DNA of 64,000 nucleotides, from the NCBI GenBank assembly GCA_049516875.1, contig JBEKSS010000001.1:160001-224000 (forward strand). The letters run 5' to 3'. Of this stretch, positions 49,793 to 59,706 are shown piece after piece. The stretch's first letter is position 1. The number at the start of each line of letters is the position of its first letter. The translations under genes and the position numbers were made by a program. The DNA is from Candidatus Bathyarchaeia archaeon (GTDB taxonomy: Archaea; Thermoproteota; Bathyarchaeia; Bathyarchaeales; Bathycorpusculaceae). Below the pieces are notes generated by a model. That model was not told the origin of the DNA and ran no database searches. It saw nothing but the letters and a program-made list of their open reading frames with translations.

Positions 49793-51019
49793 CTATTCTT
49801 CCCAGTTTAGCAGCCTTCTTTCTCCTTCAATCTTCTTCAGGTCGGTCAAATCCTGAGTGACTTCCATAGTTCCCAAATATTCCCCGTTCTTGTCTTTCAC
49901 TGCGAAGTATCGTATGTGGACTATGCGATTGTTCATTGTGATCCAGAATTCCGCCGTGTCTTTTTCGCCCGTTGTGAAGGCCTCGATGATTTTGTTGACT
50001 ATATGGACGCTTTTCTGAGGGTGGCACAGCTGCACGCTTCTGCCGATGACCGCTTTGGTCCTTACGAATATTCTCTTTTCAGCCTTGTTGAAGTATTTCA
50101 CACGGTCATTTTTGTCGATGAAGGATATGTCCACTGGCAACGTGTCTAATATTGCCTCAGCTTCCTCTTTTGAGAGGCTTCCAGTTTCAAACTGCAAGGT
50201 CTCCTCGGACGGTTGTACTTTTCTGGGTTCGGGTTTTGCAGCGTGAAACGGCGCTAAGACGTGTGGAGACGTAAAACTGGAGTATCCAATCTCGTCAAAG
50301 TCTCTCCTCACGTCTTCCCATTCTTTGTCTGGGACAACTTGAAGCGCAGTGGGGAATAGTATGTTGTTTTCTTTGAAAAAGTGATCTGGTAGGATGCTGC
50401 ACAATGGTTTTGCAGCTTCGCTCAGCCGTGTCTTGAAGTCTGAGTAAGGCATGGTGTTCCATTTTTCAACTAGGCCTTGGAGTTTCTTTTTTATCTCTCT
50501 TATTCGGTTGTGTTCCATCCACATTATTGCTGGAGGCTCGGTGACTCCGTGCTTTTCCATGGTTGGGAAAAGAACGTTTTCTTCTCGCAGATAATGTTTC
50601 TCTGAGTCCTGAAAATCCTTCTCTGCGCTCTGCAGTTCTGTCAATGCGTCGCCAACGTAGACGGAGTCGCATGCTTCTTCAATCATTTTCACAAGGGTTT
50701 CGAGTCTTTCAGCCCTTTCCAGTAGGACTCTGTGTTCTTCGATAAGGATGCTTATGGGATGGCCTGCGGGAATGTGCAGTTCTTGATCTTGCACCTGCTC
50801 GCCAAAGACAGCCAGATGGACGTCGCAGAGCCTTTGAAGCTCTTCTCTCGGCATTCCTTCCTTGACGAGTTCCTGTTCGATCTTGGCAATATCCTCGGGT
50901 TTCGTGCCCTTCAGGACTTCTTTGAATCTTTCTTTAACTTCCTTGGGTGACGCTCCCCCGTGTAACTCTTTGATTACTTCTTTCAACATCCTTTTCTTGT
51001 TTGCACTTTCCTTCGCCAT
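49793..51019 (-). CDS. DUF438 + hemerythrin + PAS domain protein
   Basis: LCDVH, GHP, HYLREENVLFP, MWMEH, HFFKENNILFP, C-terminal PAS (LCHPQKS). Confidence 0.88.
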   Translation of the reverse strand: MAKESANKKRMLKEVIKELHGGASPKEVKERFKEVLKGTKPEDIAKIEQELVKEGMPREELQRLCDVHLAVFGEQVQDQELHIPAGHPISILIEEHRVLLERAERLETLVKMIEEACDSVYVGDALTELQSAEKDFQDSEKHYLREENVLFPTMEKHGVTEPPAIMWMEHNRIREIKKKLQGLVEKWNTMPYSDFKTRLSEAAKPLCSILPDHFFKENNILFPTALQVVPDKEWEDVRRDFDEIGYSSFTSPHVLAPFHAAKPEPRKVQPSEETLQFETGSLSKEEAEAILDTLPVDISFIDKNDRVKYFNKAEKRIFVRTKAVIGRSVQLCHPQKSVHIVNKIIEAFTTGEKDTAEFWITMNNRIVHIRYFAVKDKNGEYLGTMEVTQDLTDLKKIEGERRLLNWEE

Positions 51020-51084
51020 TTTAACACGCCTTCTTGATCGCTGAACTCATGAATTTCAGGATGATAAAAGTTTGGGGTTTCCTG

Positions 51085-52272
51085 TCAATTTTCTTCCTTG
51101 ATCTTCTTTGCAAGCGCCTTGCCAAACTCCACTATTTTGTCGATGTCGCTTTCGATAGGCGGACCGTTGATTTCCAATGCTCCAACGAGTTCCATTTTGG
51201 TCGGTCCCAGTGTTTCCTGGATGTGTTTTATTGCTCCTCCTGCCCATCCATAGGAGCTGAGGACCACCGCGTATTTTGTCGGTGGTTTCAGAGCTTTCAC
51301 TAGATAGGCTGCGTACACTGCAAGTGGATGCGCACCGCCCAAAACCGTGGGCGCGCCTAGGACGACGGCTCTTGAGTCGACCAGGTCCTTTGCAATATCA
51401 CCTATGTCGGCCACGGCCAAGTTATGCCGCACGAGTTCAACGCCTTCAGAGGCCAAGACATCTGCGATTGGCCGAATCATCTTCTCTGTGCTGTTCCACA
51501 TGGTTACATAGATTATGACTGCCTTTTGCCTGGTTTCACCGTTTGACCATTTTCTGTAAGCTTGAAGGATGCGTTCGGAGTTCTTGTGTATTGGCCCGTG
51601 GCTGGGGGCTATAGTTTCAATCTGTAAGTCCTTTATTTTTTCCATTGCTTTTTGTGCATTGAACCTAAAAGGCATCATTATCTCGCCGAAGTATTTCTGG
51701 GCAAAAACAAGCAGGTCATCCACTTCATTATCGTAAAGTCCTTCAGCGACGTGTGAGCCGAAGAAGTCGCATGAAAACAGGGTTTTGTTCTCTGGAACAT
51801 AAGTGAACATGGTTTCGGGCCAGTGGAGCATTGGAGCCTCAATGAATCGAAGCGTTTTGCCGCCTAAATCAATAATTTCTCCGTCAGCGACGGCTTTTAT
51901 TCTGTTTTCGGGAACTTTGTAGAATGTTTGTGCCATTTTGGCGCCTTTGCTGGTGGTTACTAGTTTGGCCTTGTTGTTTATTGACATGATATACGGGATT
52001 GAACCCGCGTGGTCAGGCTCTGCGTGGTTCATTATCACATAATCCAGATCGGCTGGGTCGGCGACTTTCCTGATTTTTTCGTCCAATTCTTTCTCAAAGC
52101 CCGGGTTAACCGTGTCGATGAGGGCTTTCTTGTTCTCGCCTATCACGAGGTAAGCGTTGTAGGTTGTTCCCCTTGGAAGGGGAATTAACGCGTCAAAGAG
52201 CCTGCGGTTCCAGTCTCTGGCTCCTACCCAGTAAACGTTTTTGAAGAGTTCCGCAATGTTTCGCCAGTTCAT
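51085..52272 (-). CDS. fprA: flavodiiron protein (A-type flavoprotein; O2/NO reductase)
   Basis: GTTYNAYL, NHAEPDH, LHWPETM, FSCDFFG, APSHG, flavodoxin SYGWAG. Confidence 0.94.
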   Translation of the reverse strand: MNWRNIAELFKNVYWVGARDWNRRLFDALIPLPRGTTYNAYLVIGENKKALIDTVNPGFEKELDEKIRKVADPADLDYVIMNHAEPDHAGSIPYIMSINNKAKLVTTSKGAKMAQTFYKVPENRIKAVADGEIIDLGGKTLRFIEAPMLHWPETMFTYVPENKTLFSCDFFGSHVAEGLYDNEVDDLLVFAQKYFGEIMMPFRFNAQKAMEKIKDLQIETIAPSHGPIHKNSERILQAYRKWSNGETRQKAVIIYVTMWNSTEKMIRPIADVLASEGVELVRHNLAVADIGDIAKDLVDSRAVVLGAPTVLGGAHPLAVYAAYLVKALKPPTKYAVVLSSYGWAGGAIKHIQETLGPTKMELVGALEINGPPIESDIDKIVEFGKALAKKIKEEN

Positions 52273-52293
52273 GTTCCGACACCTTCAAATTTG

Positions 52294-52309
52294 TATTACG
52301 ATTGTAATA
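52294..52309. promoter_or_regulatory. palindromic candidate operator between fprA and the divergent HTH regulator
   Basis: TATTACGATTGTAATA (14/16 self-complementary) next to the TATA-like AAGTATATTTA. Confidence 0.5.
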
Positions 52310-52355
52310 AAGTATATTTATGTCTTTCGACAACAGCACAGTGGAAGTCCCGTTG

Positions 52356-52754
52356 ATGTCCGCGCCGTGCGAAGTGGCCGTGAAATGCGTCCTGCCCGTG
52401 GTCCGTGCCATGTTGGCCAAAGAGCTTATGGCAAAATATCGGTTGAAGCAGACGGAAGTGGCTGAGATACTCAGAGTGAGCCAACCGGCCATAAGCCTAT
52501 ATTGCAGGAAGATACGCGGTAGAGCCATCGATTTGGAAAATGATGAGGACATTGGAAATCTGGTGCGCAACTTCGCAAGAGCATTGGCCGCAAACAAGCT
52601 TTCACGCCGAGACTTAATTCCCAAGTACTGTGAAATCTGCAAGACGATAAGAGCAAAGGGTCTGCTGTGCGAGTTGCACAAGGCCTTCGATCCGACTATC
52701 AACATCGAAACATGTGAGCTGTGCAACAGGAACGATTCTCTGAATTGCATGTAG
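52356..52754 (+). CDS. HTH transcriptional regulator with Cys/His-rich C-terminus (COG2522-like)
   Basis: PCE, LKQTEVAEILRVSQPAISLY, CEIC...CELH...CELC. Confidence 0.85.
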   Translation: MSAPCEVAVKCVLPVVRAMLAKELMAKYRLKQTEVAEILRVSQPAISLYCRKIRGRAIDLENDEDIGNLVRNFARALAANKLSRRDLIPKYCEICKTIRAKGLLCELHKAFDPTINIETCELCNRNDSLNCM

Positions 52755-52879
52755 CGTTCCTGCCGATGTTCTTCATCGACATGAAAGTTCTTAAGTTCGG
52801 CGTCTGAGAAACCGTCTGCTCAATTCAACGAGGCTCTACGTTCCAAACGCTTCTTGATGGAAACAAACTGAAGTTTAGT

Positions 52880-53227
52880 CTATGCTTTCTGGAGAAAAGC
52901 GGCTAGCGCGACTGCCTGGTTGTGTTCTTCGTCTTTTGCTGAATAGAGAATCGTCACTGTTCCTTTTTCTTTCTCTGCTTGCTTCATTTTGCGCAGCAGT
53001 TCTTGCTTGTCTTTCAACTCCTTTTCGTACCGTTTCTTGAACTCTTGCCATTTCTTCGGGTCGTGAGAGAACCACTTTCGCAAATCATCGCTTGGCGCGA
53101 CCTCTTTTAGCCACAGGTCAACCTTGACTTTGTCTTTGGACATTCCTCTGGGCCACAATCTGTCCACGAGAATTCGGAATCCATCTTCCTTGGAAGCCTG
53201 ATCGTAAACTCGTTTCATCCTTATCAT
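52880..53227 (-). CDS. DUF488 (YeaO-like) protein
   Basis: [37 protein letters not shown]. Confidence 0.9.
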   Translation of the reverse strand: MIRMKRVYDQASKEDGFRILVDRLWPRGMSKDKVKVDLWLKEVAPSDDLRKWFSHDPKKWQEFKKRYEKELKDKQELLRKMKQAEKEKGTVTILYSAKDEEHNQAVALAAFLQKA

Positions 53228-53527
53228 TACAACCACAGCACAGGCTTATCCAAATATTTGCGTATGCTTCTTCTTCCTTCACTGCTTCATCGACTTGCAT
53301 GAACGCAAACCTAGGAGATTCTTGAATTCTGGACCTCTTGAGAATTCTGCTCCCTAAGCGTGCGGGGCCCAGAACACCAGCAAACTGCACGCCTAATGCA
53401 GAGCGGGCGCCTTGCAAACGGAAGCATCAAGTGTGTTCTTAGATTGCCTGAACCTCGGAGGCGACTGAACCTGTCAATGGGCATGCTTGTTCTGGCGTGC
53501 TTTCTAGCACCGTGTGCATAGCATCGA

Positions 53528-53795
53528 TTATTGATTCTGCTGTTGCGGAGGTGTTTGTGGTTTTGGCTTTCTTGCTCTTTCAGCGATAGTGTAGATGAGC
53601 CAGATTATCACGCCATATATGACTCCATTGAAAATTGCAACGATGAGTGTCGTCGCTGGGAGCCCTAACACCGAGTAGTCTGTGGTCGGAACTTTTAGCG
53701 AGTTGTAGATCTGTCTACCTGGGGGCAAATCCGAATATCCTAGGCTTACTGGCAGCACGAGTATGAAAACCGCAAGAAATACTATAGCCTCTCAT
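53528..53795 (-). CDS. small membrane protein; start region appears disrupted
   Basis: AIVFLAVFILVLPVSLGY..LPPG...FNGVIYGVIIWLIY; after SD GAGGT the nearby ATGs are out of frame or followed by TGA. Confidence 0.55.
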
Positions 53796-54011
53796 TTCAT
53801 TTTACCTCATTAATAACTTGCTAAATGCTTCATTAAAGAACAGTGGTGAGAATAAAAATCTTGTCCAAACCAAAAAGGCCAGCCATCGTAAAGAAGCGCG
53901 CTAGGTTGAAGAAGGGAAGATAAAATAGCACACCGATTAATATGATTCAGCCGCTGTTAAGTAACTTGTCACGCGCGTTACGAGGACATGCGACAGAAGT
54001 CAAAGGTGTGT

Positions 54012-54977
54012 TCACACTTGCGTCAGTTTCAGGTTGAATCTGTCTGACAGATTGTTCAGGTCGTGAAGCACGTAGATGAAGACGTAGCCTCTCCACTGGC
54101 CCCATCTGTCCTCTGCGATCTTTTTAAGCTTTTGAATTAGGTTGCGTGGCGATTCTGCCTCTTCTCCAAGGAGGAGCATGCTGAATATTTTTGTGCTCCA
54201 GACGTCCAGCGCGAACCCCGGATGGGGCGAGACTATGTCTGCGGAGTATTCGCCTATCCCCTTGAGTTCCATCAGCTTAGCTTTTGCCTCCTGAGCCGAC
54301 AGCTCTTCAAGCTCCTGCAGCGACGGAAAACCTCGTCGTATGGATTCTGCTATGCTTTTGAGAGGTTTTGCTCTGTAACCAAGCTTGCACTTTTGCTCAA
54401 GCTCTCTGACATCAGCATTCGCTATCCTTTCTGGAGAAGGCCAGTACAAGATTTCTTTTTCATCGAACCTGACTCTGTCGCCGTATTCCTTGATTAGCAA
54501 GGTCATCATTTGGTTGCTTCTCGTTATCGGGGCCATCTGTAAGGTTACCGCTAATATGAGACGTGAGAAGATGTCAGGCTGTTTCGTGTTTCTCATCCCG
54601 TACAGATCTTTCACTAACGCTCTGACGAGTGGGTCGCGCTTAGCAAGGGCGTAGAATTCTCTAATATCCTCCCTGAGACTTAGCATCCACGTTGCGGTTT
54701 TCGACAGCTCTCTTCTTTCGCTTGCTCCAAGCTCTTGGCGGGAGTACACCTCACAAGATATCGCCGGTCTCCCCACTGTTCCAGTAGACTTTAACTTCAG
54801 CCCGAACACGTCTCCAGAAGGTGTCCTCATCGCAGTCCACAACACGCCTTTCTCGAATATTTCGAAGGGTGTTAGTAACGACCACCCAGCGGGCTTGTGA
54901 ACTGTGAGCGCAAAGTCATACGGGGGAACTGCCTTAAGCCTTAGAATTGTAGAATAGGTCAAATCGTTTGAGAGCAT
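54012..54977 (-). CDS. AlkA/OGG-like HhH-GPD DNA glycosylase
   Basis: PPYDF, KLGYRAK, LKGIGEYSAD, LDVW, WGQWRGY. Confidence 0.85.
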   Translation of the reverse strand: MLSNDLTYSTILRLKAVPPYDFALTVHKPAGWSLLTPFEIFEKGVLWTAMRTPSGDVFGLKLKSTGTVGRPAISCEVYSRQELGASERRELSKTATWMLSLREDIREFYALAKRDPLVRALVKDLYGMRNTKQPDIFSRLILAVTLQMAPITRSNQMMTLLIKEYGDRVRFDEKEILYWPSPERIANADVRELEQKCKLGYRAKPLKSIAESIRRGFPSLQELEELSAQEAKAKLMELKGIGEYSADIVSPHPGFALDVWSTKIFSMLLLGEEAESPRNLIQKLKKIAEDRWGQWRGYVFIYVLHDLNNLSDRFNLKLTQV

Positions 54978-55132
54978 TCTCACACCCATCGCCTTTCTCA
55001 GTCTCTTCGACCGCCTCTGAAACCATTTTTTTCGAATCTTGATTCGCGCAATTATCCGAACAATCTGAACTAAACGGCTCTTGCAAATATGCCTTTGCAA
55101 GTGAACGTGATGTCAGAAAGTCAGCGCGTGCG

Positions 55133-56050
55133 TCATTGGGTTTCTCCGTACATTTGATTCGGGACTAGTATGTCTGCGAATCTGTTTCGTAATGTCAAGC
55201 GTGCGGCAAAACACAGGTGGCACGCGTCAGCATAGGTGTCGTCGTGTGGCAGATTGAACTTTTCAACTAGGGCTGCTGGACCTCCGTGAATCAGGGGTTC
55301 CAGAATTGGATTCTTGGACGGGTCGTACTCCTCAATTATCTTTGACAGCGGTTTTTGGAACGCGTTGCCTATTGAGATGCCTTGGCAAACGTGCACGTAC
55401 CCAAATGGGTCTATGTGGACTCTTTTCTGATTGACGAAGTCTTCGTACGGGCACTTTGTGAATTCGCGCCAGGGCTTTTTGCTTGCCCTTTCAGTCAGTT
55501 TTGAAGCGGCTCGACCGCGGAACATTAGCTCCCAAGGATCAACTTTTACTCCTTCAATCTGGTTTGGGCAGGGAACTTGAGCGAAAGGATCCTTAACAGC
55601 TATCACCCCTGCCTTGATTTTCAGCTTGCTCGCAGCTTTCACAGCATTTCTCACTTGTTCAGTTTCCCAGGTTTCGCCGTGATAAAGGTCGCTGCTAAAG
55701 CTAAACTCAACATTTTCGGTTTTTGCCATTGGAAGAAGCCATTCCACAGCATCTTCCACGCTGTTAGCCCAGTAACAGTTCGAAAGAACCTCTACGTGAA
55801 AACCCAGGCTTGTAGCCTCCCTGACAAGATGAACCATGATTGGATAGTACAAGAAGGGCTCCCCGCCTTCCGCCGAGACGAAGTTCACCGTTCCAAGCTT
55901 CCTAGCTTCTGTCAGAATCCCTCTTATTCGCTCAAGAGTGAACGCACCCTGCGCCTTTGGACCGCCCCAAACGAAGCAATGATCACATTCCAACCCGCAT
56001 TTATATGTCAAAATAAAGTGAACACCCTTCAAATCCAACGGAAACACCAA
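55133..56050 (-). CDS. radical SAM protein
   Basis: TYKCGLECDHC, EGGEPF, SN, GRA, IDPFGYVHVC, CHLC. Confidence 0.88.
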   Translation of the reverse strand: MVFPLDLKGVHFILTYKCGLECDHCFVWGGPKAQGAFTLERIRGILTEARKLGTVNFVSAEGGEPFLYYPIMVHLVREATSLGFHVEVLSNCYWANSVEDAVEWLLPMAKTENVEFSFSSDLYHGETWETEQVRNAVKAASKLKIKAGVIAVKDPFAQVPCPNQIEGVKVDPWELMFRGRAASKLTERASKKPWREFTKCPYEDFVNQKRVHIDPFGYVHVCQGISIGNAFQKPLSKIIEEYDPSKNPILEPLIHGGPAALVEKFNLPHDDTYADACHLCFAARLTLRNRFADILVPNQMYGETQ

Positions 56051-56117
56051 CCAAGTGTAAAGAAACCAGGATAATTAAGTTTTAGACATTCACGCGTGCT
56101 AACGCTAGGCGAGTTGG

Positions 56118-56204
56118 CACATCATCCGCAACTCTGTTTTTTTCTGTCGAATCGATTAAGACATATTGCGTTGCATAATCGATAAAGGGCAGAGATGCGG
56201 ACAA
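56118..56204. repeat. long imperfect inverted repeat; left arm recurs at 57213-57240
   Basis: TCCGCA-CTCTG pairs with CAGAG-TGCGGA; ATCGATTA pairs with TAATCGAT; CACRTCATCCGCAA occurs at 56118 and 57213. Confidence 0.6.
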
Positions 56205-56285
56205 TGATTTGCTGGTCCCATCGAAATCAGGTCAGCGAGGAGAGCGCCTTTCCTCAGAACAAGAATTCAACCGTCGCCTACATAG

Positions 56286-57131
56286 TTGATGGATAGAAAC
56301 GTCTTGAGAAACCTAATTTCAGTCTCGAGTGCACCGATTGCAAAGCTAGGAGGCAAGAAGTACTATGACCTCTCTGGCACGCTGGAGGTATTGAGAATGG
56401 TTTTTCGAGACTCGGCTGTTGATGGCTTCGAACTGCAACTTGAGCCGGAATGGGATGGTGAAAATCCGCCGCTGACGGACGCGGAACTCGCAGATTGGGC
56501 AGAAACTCCCAAGTTCACATTCAGAGAGATTCTCACTCTGCTGAGAGAGCAAAGGCTGCCAGTTTTGTCGATTCATGCAAGCAGAGATGTCGGCAACTAT
56601 CTTTGTTCCGGCCGAAAACGAGACTTGGAAAAGGGAAAGCGATTGATCAGTGATTCGTTGTCTCTTGCTGACGACTTGGAAACTGAGATTTGCGTGTTCC
56701 ACATTTGGGACACTTGGAAGACAAAATTCGACCCGAACAAATTGACGAAGGGTTTTCTTGACATTGCGTCTCAGTTCCCTAGAGTGAAGGCTTCTGTAGA
56801 GAATATTCCAACTCACCTTAAGCACTACACACCGTTTTCTTTGGTTGAACAGTTTGATTTCGTAACCCTTGATCTGAGATGGGCAGCACTCTATGATGAG
56901 CTGGACAAGTTTGAATCAGTAATCGACAAGGTTGTAAATGTTCACCTGCGAGGAAGACTGGAACAGAATACTTGGGTTCTTGATAGGTCGAGTTTCAGTT
57001 TTCAAGAGGCGCTAGATAGAATTACAAATAGATGGAGATACCAAGGGCTTCTCACAGTCGAACCTGAAGGCGGCGTAGAGAGTCCCTGCTATGACAGTTT
57101 CATCAGAGCCATGAAATCTCTTAAGAACTAA
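56286..57131 (+). CDS. xylose isomerase-like / AP-endonuclease-2 TIM-barrel protein
   Basis: GFEL, LSIH, VFH, SVENIP, TLD, NVH, TVE metal-ligand pattern. Confidence 0.75.
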   Translation: MMDRNVLRNLISVSSAPIAKLGGKKYYDLSGTLEVLRMVFRDSAVDGFELQLEPEWDGENPPLTDAELADWAETPKFTFREILTLLREQRLPVLSIHASRDVGNYLCSGRKRDLEKGKRLISDSLSLADDLETEICVFHIWDTWKTKFDPNKLTKGFLDIASQFPRVKASVENIPTHLKHYTPFSLVEQFDFVTLDLRWAALYDELDKFESVIDKVVNVHLRGRLEQNTWVLDRSSFSFQEALDRITNRWRYQGLLTVEPEGGVESPCYDSFIRAMKSLKN

Positions 57132-57174
57132 TGTGTCGCATTCTGATGCTTGCTCTTCATCCAGAACATGTTGA

Positions 57175-57197
57175 TGGTGCCGGGGATGGGATTTGAA
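57175..57197 (-). other. isolated tRNA 3'-end fragment (att-like relic)
   Basis: Minus strand TTCAAATCCCATCCCCGGCACCA = T-loop, T-stem, acceptor 3' strand and CCA; no 5' half adjacent. Confidence 0.75.
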
Positions 57198-57265
57198 TGA
57201 TAGACGAATGAACACGTCATCCGCAAATCCCTGTTTTTCTTTTCAGCGAAGGGCTCCACACATGG

Positions 57266-58114
57266 CTAGTGAAGCCTGTGCTGGTGCTTCCGCATGCTGT
57301 GCTTGATTCCCACGATTTCTAGGTGCCCTCCAATCCCGACTAGACCTGGAGCGTCACAGAATCTTGATTCCAGCTCAAGTATTCTTCTAAAATTCTCTGT
57401 AATTATTTCATCTCTTTCTTCTCGAGTAAACAATTGAGTTAGGATTGGTTTTCCTATTATTCGGACAGCTTCTAATCCACATGTTTCAAACAGATTCTTC
57501 AATTCCTCTGGTGTAAACGACTGGAACTTGAAGTCTCTTTTCTCAACACCTGATTTATCAAATTCTAGCAATCTTCTGATTGATTGTTCTGAGAATTTTT
57601 CTTCAATCAAACAAGGAATCAGGCCTCTATGAATCATAGCGTATTTGCTGTCTACGGAAGCAACTACGTGCGCATTTTCTTTTGCAACCCTGGCTAGTTC
57701 TCTTACGGCCTTTTCAGCATCTAGACAATAAGAGACGGGATCTCCTTCGGCTAGTGCCATGTCAAAATGGTTTGATTCGAAGCAGGACATGTCTCTTATG
57801 TCAACTATGCTCGTTTCAATCTTGTCCTGCAACTTTACCGTTCTTATTTTTTCTTCCGCCACTTTCAACATGTTTTTGGATATGTCTGTCAAAACGACTC
57901 TGTAACCGTGCTTTGCTAACCTAATGGCCCAGTAACCGGTTCCTCCGCCAGCATCTAAAATAACCGCATTTCTTCCTTTCGGAAGGAAGCGTTTTATGTT
58001 ACGCCAAGTGATCTCATGGTAAAGCCTCCAATAAGGTGTCTCATACCCTTTATCGTACTCTTCGGCTGTCCTTTCATAAAATTCTTTTACCGCGTTTGAG
58101 TCTTGAATTCTCAC
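57266..58114 (-). CDS. class I SAM-dependent methyltransferase
   Basis: ILDAGGGTG, TDIS..ML, FDMAL. Confidence 0.9.
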   Translation of the reverse strand: MRIQDSNAVKEFYERTAEEYDKGYETPYWRLYHEITWRNIKRFLPKGRNAVILDAGGGTGYWAIRLAKHGYRVVLTDISKNMLKVAEEKIRTVKLQDKIETSIVDIRDMSCFESNHFDMALAEGDPVSYCLDAEKAVRELARVAKENAHVVASVDSKYAMIHRGLIPCLIEEKFSEQSIRRLLEFDKSGVEKRDFKFQSFTPEELKNLFETCGLEAVRIIGKPILTQLFTREERDEIITENFRRILELESRFCDAPGLVGIGGHLEIVGIKHSMRKHQHRLH

Positions 58115-58243
58115 GAGACAAATACCACGTGGATTTGCTATTTCAATCTATTTACAAGCGCGAATGAATTCAAGCCAACCGAAAAAGTGGTCGATGTCTC
58201 CTCTTTTCTGACATGCTACGGCGCACGCTAACTTGCCTTTGGC

Positions 58244-59140
58244 TCAGGCGCTCTTCAACTTCTTACGCAGGATTTTTCTGACAATGTCCACCTGAAAGCC
58301 TAGACTTCGCAGCAAAGTAATCGAGGAAACGTTCTGTTCCGAAGTTCCCAGTCTAACCGAGCCAATTCCTTTTTCAAACAGGAAATTCATAGCTCGAACC
58401 GTAAGTGCTGACGCAAGATGCTTGTTTCGAAATTCTGGAAGCGTTGCAGCTGGACCAAGATAACCCCTCTTAAGATGCAGATACTTCACATAATCCGTGT
58501 CTGGCTTTGCCACGACAGCTGAAACAATTCTTTCGTCAACCTCAGCGACTTGAACCCAGTCTTCGCTGAACGGCGGATCGTCGGACTTCCATTTTCCAAG
58601 AACTCCAAGTTCCGTTCTTTGCCATCCGAATCCAGTGTTCATGAGAGCAACAAGTTCTTCTTCCTCTTCAGATTTTAAGTTTCGAAGTTTGATGCCTTCG
58701 GCGATCTCTGGAATTGGTTTCAGGCCGTCGAGTTTTGCGGACATTCGCAGCCAGCCAGGATTCAGTACATAGCCGCGGTTAATCCAATCGTTTATTCTTG
58801 GGCTTCCTTCTTCAATGGTTGTTGTAACAGTATCGCCCTTGGCGTTTTTCTCAACCTCGTTTACGAGCGTGTTTTCAATGATTCTTCGGTTGGGCCCTTC
58901 GTCAGCGGCGAGCCATGAGATATTCTCTTCACCGCGTTCCTCAAGGTGAGTTCCGACAAGACCTAACATGTTGCCGTTTTCTTCTGCTACGAGAATCTTG
59001 AGGTCTCGCCTTCGGATCTGGGACAGGACCCTTTCCTCGGTGTATGGGATGAACTCGTGCGAGTCTCTATATTCTTCGTTCAAAAATCTTACGATAGTTG
59101 GCAAATGTCTGCTTTCGAATTTTAGAATCTGGATGGTCAT
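58244..59140 (-). CDS. tandem GNAT acetyltransferase
   Basis: TLPEFRNKHLA, N..SITL..SLGF acetyl-CoA motifs; two GNAT-sized domains. Confidence 0.85.
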   Translation of the reverse strand: MTIQILKFESRHLPTIVRFLNEEYRDSHEFIPYTEERVLSQIRRRDLKILVAEENGNMLGLVGTHLEERGEENISWLAADEGPNRRIIENTLVNEVEKNAKGDTVTTTIEEGSPRINDWINRGYVLNPGWLRMSAKLDGLKPIPEIAEGIKLRNLKSEEEEELVALMNTGFGWQRTELGVLGKWKSDDPPFSEDWVQVAEVDERIVSAVVAKPDTDYVKYLHLKRGYLGPAATLPEFRNKHLASALTVRAMNFLFEKGIGSVRLGTSEQNVSSITLLRSLGFQVDIVRKILRKKLKSA

Positions 59141-59333
59141 TTCGCCTAGAGCAGGAGTTGATAGTGGCTATAAACTTTTGGTTACTGGCAGTTGGCGCGG
59201 GGCAGGGGGTTTGCACTTGTGATTGAGCGGCAGTGTCCAGCGTCCTGTCCATCTTTTGTGCGCAGTAGTTCCAATATCAGGAAAAACAAGCTGAACTCTG
59301 GTCACGTCTGAAATCGCGATTATGCAAGCCATC

Positions 59334-59603
59334 TCATTCTTGACAAGTTATTTCCCAAATAACTCTTCCTTTGGGATCCGGGCATTCCACCTCGAAGACC
59401 TTGGGCAGCCAATCGTTCGGTTCCTCTATTTTCCTTTGTTTAGCCGGCAACATTGGGAGCAGACTGGAGAGAGCATAAATGCAAACGTGTTTGTTCTCTT
59501 CGGGGAAGCCCAGTCTCCCACCTTCGAGCCGGAAGCAGTCTCCGACTTTATGTGTGTCACAGACACCCTCGATTCTCTTAACTCTGACGATTAGAGTTTT
59601 CAT
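59334..59603 (-). CDS. TIGR04076-like small Cys protein
   Basis: GVCDTHKVGD, VCIYAL, ECPDP..RV.WEI. Confidence 0.75.
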   Translation of the reverse strand: MKTLIVRVKRIEGVCDTHKVGDCFRLEGGRLGFPEENKHVCIYALSSLLPMLPAKQRKIEEPNDWLPKVFEVECPDPKGRVIWEITCQE

Positions 59604-59706
59604 AATGACTGCAAAATGGATAAAAGCAGCTTCAACTTAAACGTTTCTCACACAAGCGTCGTCAACATCCTGTGGAAATCTCGTAGATGGAGCAGCAACT
59701 GTTTAT

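Noticed and set aside
53240-53520. GC-rich gap and ORF 53118-53417
   Set aside because: The ORF overlaps the DUF488 gene out of frame and shows no motif; no convincing RNA structure
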